From the human T2T-CHM13v2.0 reference genome, Homo sapiens: a DNA stretch of 64,000 nucleotides. A program made the position numbers and the translations under genes. The notes beneath the pieces were generated by a model, which saw only the letters and a list, made by a program, of their open reading frames with translations, made no database searches and was not told where the DNA came from. Positions 54,601 to 64,000 of this stretch are shown here, one piece after another (position 1 is the first letter of the stretch; every line of letters begins with the position of its first letter). The stretch lies in assembly GCF_009914755.1 (NCBI RefSeq), contig NC_060947.1, one strand, 5' to 3'.

Positions 54601-57261
54601 CCTTTAATTAAAGCTGATAATACTTTCGCATTTCATTTTTTTCTATCTTGTTAGGTTATGTCCTGAGTGGTTTTCTTTGTTCCAAACTTTTTCACTTCTT
54701 TTGCCCGAGGTGTCTAAATTAGAGTCCTTGCCCCTTTAAGTATCTTACGCTCATTATCTATATTTCTGATAATCACCTGGCAAAGATAGTTCAGTTCATT
54801 GAGATGTGCTTTTATTTAGCATCCTCTTCTAGTTTCCCTTTGCCTAACTATGGATAATAACAGGATTTCTGAGGGAAGGGAAAAGCTCATTTTTATTGCT
54901 ATGAAGCCCAGTGTAACTATGATCTCTCAGAAGCAGCCTCATAAGTTCAAAGCATTTATTCAGGAATCCCAGGTTCTAATCCTGGCTGCCAGCAAGGCAT
55001 TTAACTTCTTGCTGTCTTAGTCTTCTTATCTACAAAGGAGAGGGAATTATACTGATCAGGTAAACCATTCACAATGAAGCTCACAGTTACTCTGGAATTG
55101 AAAAGCTCTTGGAAAAGGCAACCAGGGCGCTCACATTATCTTGCCCTCTCCCATTCCATTAACTTTTCACTCTAGCAGCTCACCACAGGGCATCAGGGAC
55201 TGCAGCAATGGGCTCATTTATTTTTGTTGCTATTTTGCTCTCTTCACCTCTTGGTACATGTTGTTTTTGCCCAGAGAGTGACAGTCACGTCCCTGAATGC
55301 CTCATTGGGATCAAGAAAGAACATGAGTCAGTTTCTAAATTATATTATTTTCTCATTTAAGCTGACTAATCCCATGTGTCTTTACCAACAGTATGGACCG
55401 TAGTTACAAACTATCAGAGGCCAATAGAACGGTATCTAACAATTGTAAGTGGTATTATAAAACTGTTGCGTTCGCATCTAACTCTGGGCTTCTCCATCAC
55501 ATCAGGGATTGAGGAGCAGAAACCATAGTTATGGAATTGGATGGTTTGGGGTAATTGAGATCTGAAATATAATGAGAGGCTGGGCTGGAATGGCAGTTAT
55601 AGGGGTGGAAAATAACTATGCCTGGCATGGCAAAAGAAAATATGACAGAACTTGGGGATTGACTATGTTTGGGGAATGAGAATAAACCCTAAATGAAAGT
55701 CACTGAGAAGGTTTGCAAGTTGGATGACTGAGAACAAATTTACTCTGCCAGTGAAAGAGAGAGTAGTTGGGAGGGAGATCTGGACTAGAGGAGAAGATGA
55801 CGGATTCAGTTTGGGGCCTATCGAGTTGGGGTATTGATGGACAGTGTCCCAGTAGGCAATTAGAGAAATGGAACTGGAGCTCAAGAAGAAAGACAAGGCA
55901 GATGTGCGGTCATTGCTCCAAAGTGGGACTCAAAGCCATGAGATAAACAGTGAGGCCTGATGAGACAGTGATCCACTATGATTAAGGAGTGTTTCAAGAA
56001 GCATCCTATGCCAGAATCTGTTTACTCCCACCCCACTCTATGAGGATTTACAACTGCGTTACAAAGACTTGTATGCCAGAGGTCCAAGTAAAAGCATCTA
56101 AATCAGGTAACTTAGTTATGTAGAGATTAATGCTAAGGTTAATGAGGGAAAGTGAAGGCCTCGTTCCTGGTGCAGGCCAGTGGCTTTCTTCATCCCATGC
56201 CCATAGTCTGCTTCTCCCCATTCTCCCAGCCCACCCAGATTGCTTACAGATGACAAGGCAAGCTGGGTACCAAGAGATTGGTGGCAATCATTGGCAGCCC
56301 ATTCCTATAACAAATACCTCACAGAGTACATCCTATGCTGTTTTCACCTTGGTGTAAGAAGGACACTCTGGCAAATGAGCAAAATTGAGCTTTCTACCTT
56401 GGCTTCACTTGCAGTTCACATCTTTTCTCTTTACCACGGCCTAACCGAGTACTAGAATTTATACCTCCAATAGTACTAAAATCTCCTTTTTTTTTTTTAC
56501 ATGATTCCCTTCCCTCTTGATTCTCAGTCTCTGCACGTGTCTCACTAACTGGCAACCTCAGCTACCCTCTCTTAGCATCCTTGGTTTTGGGGCAGAAAGC
56601 AACCTGTCTGGGAGTAAATCAAGGGCTTTGCCCTTGAAGAGCCAAAGTATCCCAAGCTTCCTGAGTGGAGTTTAGTGTATTAGGCCAGTTTTGAGGGACC
56701 TGTGGCCATCACCTTTCCCATACTGAGGTAAGCTTTTGTTGTTAGCCCTGCCTCTGCAACTTCTTACCAACTGAATCCTTTAATGTCTCTGGGTCTCAGT
56801 TTCCTATTCTGCCAGTCGTACTTCTTAAGGCCATTACCTAGTTTTGAAAATTATACAATGTTAACCAATTTATCCACTCAGAAAATATTGAATGTGTTTA
56901 CTCTGTGCCCTTTAATGTGTGTTTACTATGTAGCCTTGGGGATACTATGATGAGTGTGACAAGGTTCCCGCCGGCAGGTGGCCCCAAGGCTAGTGGAGAA
57001 GGCAAGCATGTTAACAGCTACATAACAATGTAATGTACCAAGTGGAATAAACAAGTGTGAAAAAATGCTAGGGAAATAAAACAGGAAACAACTGCCTATG
57101 CTTGGGAAAGTTAGGGAAAGCAAAGGTAAATGTGAGTTTCCATTATGAAAATTAGGATTTTTGTTTTTGAAGAATTGTAAATCAGAAAAATGAGTTATGA
57201 GAATTTTCACAAAATAGAACGAAATTATGCTTATCCTTAGTTTGAAACAGTTCTCTCTCAA

Positions 57262-57445
57262 TAGTGGGCTCATAGACTTAATCATACATCAGATAACCTA
57301 GAGTATTTTTTAAATGCAGGTGGCAGGGACCCCCAGAGTTTCTGATTCAGCAGGTCTAAGATGGGACCTGAGAATTTACAATTCTATCAGGTTCCCAGAT
57401 GACGGTAATGTTTCCTGTCTATGGCCCACACTTTGAGAACTACTG
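57262..57445. mobile_element. MER5A-like hAT MITE
   Basis: CCCAGAGTTTCTGATTCAGCAGGTCT...CACACTTTGAGAACTACTG. Confidence 0.75.
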
Positions 57446-58738
57446 CCTCACAGGAAGCATGAGACAATCACACTTGGTGAAAATTGAAAGAGAACAATCA
57501 GCTGTATCCATTGTCTCTACTTTCCAAACATCAAAATTCAAATCTGCTGGATAAAGTGCCCCGCTGTAGGGCTTCTGAGGAGGGCAGATGAGAATGCAAA
57601 GGGCTGCTGACATCCATCTCTGCAAAAGCTCCTCTTTCCTGGGGAAGTGGCAATTACTGCAAACACCACAGAGTGGAGCTCCATAGCAGGTGAGACAAAG
57701 ATTAGATCTGACAGCATTAGTTGAGCCCGAAGTTCTATTTACTGAAAATGATCCGGCATAATTAAAAATTCACAACTGGAGCCTAGTTGGTGAACATTAC
57801 ACATTAGGGAGTCCCCAGAGTAGGCCAGAAAATTCTCAGTGAACTTTTTAGGAAAAGCCAAAGGAGCCAACTGCAATGGCAAGAATTAGCACACGGAGAA
57901 CAAAGAGAAGTCAGTCAGCCTATTCATTTGGAGGTGAGATTCTGATTTTACACTACAGAATGATACGAACTAAGTGTTGGTGGAGAGGCTCATTTCCTCC
58001 TCCCTGGTGAATTACCACTTTGTTTCACTTTCTACTTAATATGTTCTTATGGGATTTTCAAGAATGTCCACTCTGCCTGCACATTACATATTAACTTCTT
58101 TAAGGACAAGGGCAAATTGTATTCACATCTGTTCACAATATCTCTGATCACACTTGCCATATACAAGGTTTTCAGCACCTGCTGACTGAAAACCATACCT
58201 GGTAAATTGGGCTTCTAACATGTTTACTGAATTGAATTGACTGACTGACGCAAACTAGGTTAGAGGTTTACTAAAGGAGTCATGTGGCTTTGGCTTTTTG
58301 TTCAAATTATATGTTAACTCACACTTTATGACTAAAAAGTGACAGCCTATTGCAGAAGTATTTCTTAGCTCTAGTGCCCACAGATAGGAAACTCAAGTAG
58401 AGTAAAACCAGTGAAAATTAGCAACTCTGGAGAATGGTGTTGCCATACTAACTGGAAGCAGCCCTGGTGTTGTGGAAAAAGCTTGGGCACTGAAATTAGG
58501 AAGAGCTGAGGTCATATTCTGTCTTTATAGCTAGAACTTGAACAAGTTGGGTCATTGAGGCAGGGTTGGTCCTACTTAACCAAGACTGCTGATTTTGACA
58601 TTGGGGCATGGGGTACCCATTCTCTAGCTCCATGTTGTGCCCAAAGCCAAGAGTATTCAAATATTTCCTTGTTGCTGAACTTGGCATCTTGAGTACTTTC
58701 TAGGGGGCCAAATGCATCTATACCTAAAAGTGCATCTG

Positions 58739-59054
<316 letters not shown>

Positions 59055-59905
59055 TCAAGTAGAAGGGCCATGCCAACAAGATATTGAAAATGCCTTCTGG
59101 GGTAGAAAGGAAAGTTCCCCTAAACTATGCGTTCATGTGTCTGTTAAAAACACTGACCCTTTAAACCAAAGGACTTTGTACTTTTCTCTTCACGTTTATT
59201 TACAGGGACAGATGAAACTATTTCAATTTTTAAACTACTTAGTTATCACACATTCAGGCATCATACCTTTGTTTGAATGCGTGTTATTTCTAAGTAGGGT
59301 CTTCTTTGCAAATATTATCTATTCTGTGATCTGTATTGACCACTTTTAATTTTCCTTTCCAAGTGAAACCCAATTGTCAGCCTCTTTGTATTGTGTTACA
59401 ATTTGGAAAATTGAGCATTATTTTAGTGTGCATGAAAACAGAAGACTAAAATTCTGACAATTTATGGAAACAAAGCACATCTTTTTTATATCATCCACTA
59501 ATCACTGTTAAACGCTAAACCTTGTATAACTTAAACCAATCTACTTCGCTTCATGCACATGAGTTTTTAATCACAGTCTGGTTAAACCCAAGATGCTTAA
59601 CTGAGCCAAAGAGTGAGGCTCTTTATTGACCCCTCCCCAGACAAGGGAAAGACGCCTAGAAATATAGAGTTAGAGGAATCCTTAGAAATAGAAAAGTAAG
59701 GTCCAGAGAGAAGGGATGTATTCAAGGTAAGTATCCAAGGATGCAGTACTGACTTGACAGAACTTAGCTAGCATATAGCAGACAGGGCCATAGCCACCAC
59801 GGAGTACAGAACAAGGCCAGAAGGTGTGGGATCAAAGATGCTGTAACATGAATTAATTGTGGCTCCATTTGCCAATATCAGCCATACAAGAAGGGTTGGC
59901 AGTCT

Positions 59906-60982
59906 TATCAGGGAACCTGCCCCTATAGTCACGTAGGTTCTTTTCTATTTTCCCTAAGCGTCAGCCAGTTTGAGAAATAAAGGGACAGAGTACAAAAGAG
60001 AGACATTTTAAGGCTGGGCATCTGGGGGAGACATCACATGTCAGTAGGTTCCGTGATGCCCCACAAGCCGCAAAACCAGCAAGTTTTTATTAGGGAGTTT
60101 CAAAAGGGGAGGCAGTGTACGAATAGGGTGTTGGTCACAAAGATCACATACTTCACAAGGTAATAGAATATCACAAGACAAATGGAGGCAGGGCGAGATC
60201 ACAGGACCACAGGACTGGGGCGAAATTAAAATTGCTAATGAAGTTTCAGGCACCATTGTCATTGATAACATCTTATCAGGAGACAGGGTTTTGAGAGCAA
60301 CCAGTCTGACCAAAATTTATTAGGTGGGAATTTCCTCTTCCTATTAAGCCTGGGAGCGCTATGGGAGACTGGGGTCTATTTCACCCCTACAGCCTCGACC
60401 ATAGAAGACAACCACGCCTGGGGGGGGGCCAGTTCAGAGACCCACCCCCAGGCGCGTATTCTCTTTCCCAGGGATGTTCCTTACTGAGAAAAAGAATTCA
60501 GCGATATTTCTCCCATTTGCTTTTGAAAGACGAGAAATATGGCTCTGTTCCACCTGGCTCACCAGCGGTCAGAGTTTAAGGTTATCTCTCTTGTTTCCTA
60601 AACATTGCTGTTATCCTGTTCTTTTTTCAAGGTGGCCAGATTTCATATTGTTCAAACACACATGCTCTACAATTTGTGCAGTTAACGCAATTATCACAGG
60701 GTCCTGAGGTGACATACATCCTCCTCGGCTTACGAGATGACGATTAAGAGATTAAAGTAAAGACAGGCATAGGAAATCACAAGTGTATTGATTGGGGAAG
60801 TGATAAGTGTCCATGAAATCTTCACAATTTATGTTTAGAGATTGCAGTAAAGACAGGCATAAGAAATTATAAAAGTATTAATTTGGGGAACTAATAAATG
60901 TCCAAGAAATCTTCACAATCCACGTTCTTCTGCCATGGCTTCAGCCGGTCCCTCTGTTTGGGGTCCCTGACTTCCCGCAACA
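59906..60982 (-). mobile_element. MER11 (HERV-K11/HML-8) solo LTR, ~1077 bp
   Basis: Minus strand starts TGTTGCGGGAAGTCAGGGACCCC and ends GCAGGTTCCCTGATA; internal GAAGATTTCATGGACA repeats; 6-bp TSD CAGTCT (59900-59905) / CAGCCT (60983-60988). Confidence 0.92.
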
Positions 60983-61381
60983 CAGCCTTCTTTTTTTGTT
61001 GGGGAGAGTATGTGGAAGAAGATGACATGTTCAGTTTTGAGCTATGTTGAGTTTTGTGTGCCTGTTGGTACCTCTAGGTAAGATGTTTAGTTGGCAATTG
61101 GATAGACGGATGCAGAACTTAGCTGGATATAGAGATCTCAGCTGAAGAATGGTCTTTAGAGATTTGGGAGTCTATGGTAGTTCAAACCTTTAGAAGAGAT
61201 TACATGAGGAGAGTGTGTAGCATGAGAAGAGAATAGCCTTGGAAGAAGATTAAGGAGGACAGGCCAGAGAAGGGACAGTGGGCTCAAAGGAGAACAACAC
61301 CAGAAGGCTTGGGATCAAAGGAGAAACTAGATCTAGTCTGGGGGCATGAGTATTCCCATCATAATAGACTCATTTGCTGAT

Positions 61382-61687
61382 GGCTGGGCATGGTGGCTCA
61401 CACCTGTAATCCTAGCACTTTGGGAGGCTGAGTCGGTGGATCACCTGAGGTCAGGAGTTCAAGACCAGCCTGGCCAACATGGTGAAAACCCTGTCTCTAC
61501 TAAAAATATAAAAAAATTAGCTGGGCATGGTGGTGGGTGCCTGTATTCCCAGCTACTTGGGAAGGCTGAGGCAGGATAATCACTTAAACCTGGGAGGCAG
61601 AGGTTGCAGTGAGCCAAGATCAGATCGCGCCATTGCATTCCAGCCTGGGCAACAAGAGCAAAACTCTGTCTTAAAAAAAAAAAAAAA
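61382..61687 (+). mobile_element. AluS-like element
   Basis: Full dimer with poly-A. Confidence 0.93.
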
Positions 61688-62126
61688 GTCTTGTGTTTTG
61701 GGTTTCCAGCCATTACATGTTGCTTTTTCCCTGGTGCACTTATCTGATTAGCTGTGGTATTTCGTCAGTCATCCTGTCCTTCATCCCACCAAGGAGCCTT
61801 TGTAATTACATGCAACCTGTTCTCAATTCCTGGCAAAGATGACCTGAAGTATGCTGAAGGAAGCAACATGTGCCAAACAAATATAGAATTATTGGCTTTG
61901 GATATATTTTTGTTAGTCTGGCCTTATTTATTGCAACAAAAGTTAATTAAAAAAAGAAACTGTTTTAGTACCTCAACTAGATGTCATAACTGTTTTAAAG
62001 TTTATGCAAATATGGTTATAACTTCCCAAAGAAACAAAAAATCCACCTTTGATTATTGTTCCTGGTTTGTTTCCTTTATTATGTAGAAAATCAGAAATGG
62101 GTCGTTTTGCTCTCAACTTGGCTTCA

Positions 62127-62312
<186 letters not shown>

Positions 62313-63490
62313 AATTTAAGTCAGCCTTATGCCACGACCCACTTGATGAACACTTCCAAAAGCCTGTGCTTCCTGAAAGTCATGATATCATCTCCGTCAC
62401 CTCTTTGTAATATAGGTTGTCAGCTTTCAAACAATGGTCCTCTGGTTCTCTCCAGCCACAAAACAATCAACTTCTTACTTAATAAAGTCTTTAAACCTAT
62501 ACAAACCTGGTGTCCACTCATTTCTCTATACTAAGCACTTTAATCACAGTGCAAGATGTCACTGTCTGGAGGCACTTCTTGGCTTAGAGCAGATGGAGGA
62601 GTGGAGAGGTAGAAAACTCCAGTGATAAAAACATGAAAGGTAGAAATCATGCTTATTATTTAAAATGTCTAATGTCTAAATGACATAAAGAGCAAACTCC
62701 TTGCAGAGAATGTTCTCAGTACTGGTGGACCAGATGCTACTGTAGGAAGAACCTGCCCTATCCCTGACTTCCCTTAACGTTGGTGAGAAAATGGCAGTCT
62801 TCACTCTGTTACTGACACTGTCAAGGAAGAGATGCCATAAATGTTAAACTATATTAAACAATTTTCAGACCCCCTCTCAATGGAGGATGTATGAGTCCAG
62901 ACACCTCAGAAATATACATTTTACAGAATGATTCTATGTGAGATGGGAAGATAATGTAAGCTGTGAAAGGCTAGAACCTTCACTGGGGCTCAAGAACGTC
63001 AGTCTATCATCATGCCTTGGGGAAGTAGACCAGACCTTCAGATCTGAAAGGAGAAGGCCCTGCAAGTAGCAAAGAAGTTTCCAACAGCAGAAAGTAGAGT
63101 TGGCATATAAGGGAACAAGATAGTATTTATCTCAGGGAATCCCAGAATTGGGAAGAGGGGCATCCAGCTAGCTGCCTCAAAAGGATATAAACAATCCTTT
63201 GTGGCTTGGGGGCAAAAGAAATGGCTTTAAAAAGCTGTTCAGTGCTTCTCCTGGGATTCTTAGAATTATGGATTTTTAGACTCCATCCACTCTAATGACG
63301 TTTACTTTTTTTTTTTTTTTTCAGAGCAGTTTATTAGTTACCTTTGACATTCTCAGCTTTGTCTGTGGCTTGTGAGAGGCCAGTTCAGCATTAAAGTTTC
63401 AGAAGCCCAAGGGGGAAATAAAACCCCAGAAGGGGAGTATGCCCCTCTTACTCTCAAAAAGTTCTGCTGTTTCTTTTTAAAAATTTCCCA

Positions 63491-63817
<327 letters not shown>

Positions 63818-64000
63818 AAAAATTTCCCTTAAGGACTCTTTCTCTACTCATCCTTTGTATGCCTAGGTGGGCATTTTATTTCAATTAAGGGGTCATGTCC
63901 TTTACAGCCTGCTTGCCAGGATGTATCCATGACCTATGGATAACAATGGGCTGTGGAGAACCAACTGCTTTCAGGCATGGGCCCTGACCTATCTAGTTTT

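Overview
Primate (very likely human) repeat-rich genomic DNA containing the 3' part of HS6ST2 (heparan-sulfate 6-O-sulfotransferase 2, X-linked) on the minus strand. Two coding exons can be read directly. One is an 87-nt symmetric cassette exon (49782-49868) that the ORF track misses. The other is the terminal exon (coding 8888-9758), followed by a ~2.2 kb 3'UTR ending near an AATAAA at 6692-6697. The rest is ~54 kb of intron and ~6.6 kb of 3' flank filled with Alu, MIR, L1, L2, THE1, MER11 and other LTRs, hAT MITEs and one intact MADE1 hairpin. The other short ORFs in the track are chance or repeat-derived. I see no clearly novel gene system. The best leads are regulatory: (i) a plus-strand spliced antisense unit whose 3' splice site lies inside the cassette exon; (ii) the splicing code around that exon; (iii) a candidate poison exon behind a ~155-nt pyrimidine tract; (iv) a miR-548-like MADE1 hairpin; (v) sense-oriented intronic LTRs; (vi) a clustered miR-200-family/miR-145/miR-23 site array that proximal polyadenylation could remove. 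Repeat subfamily names come from my recall of consensus sequences, not from a search.
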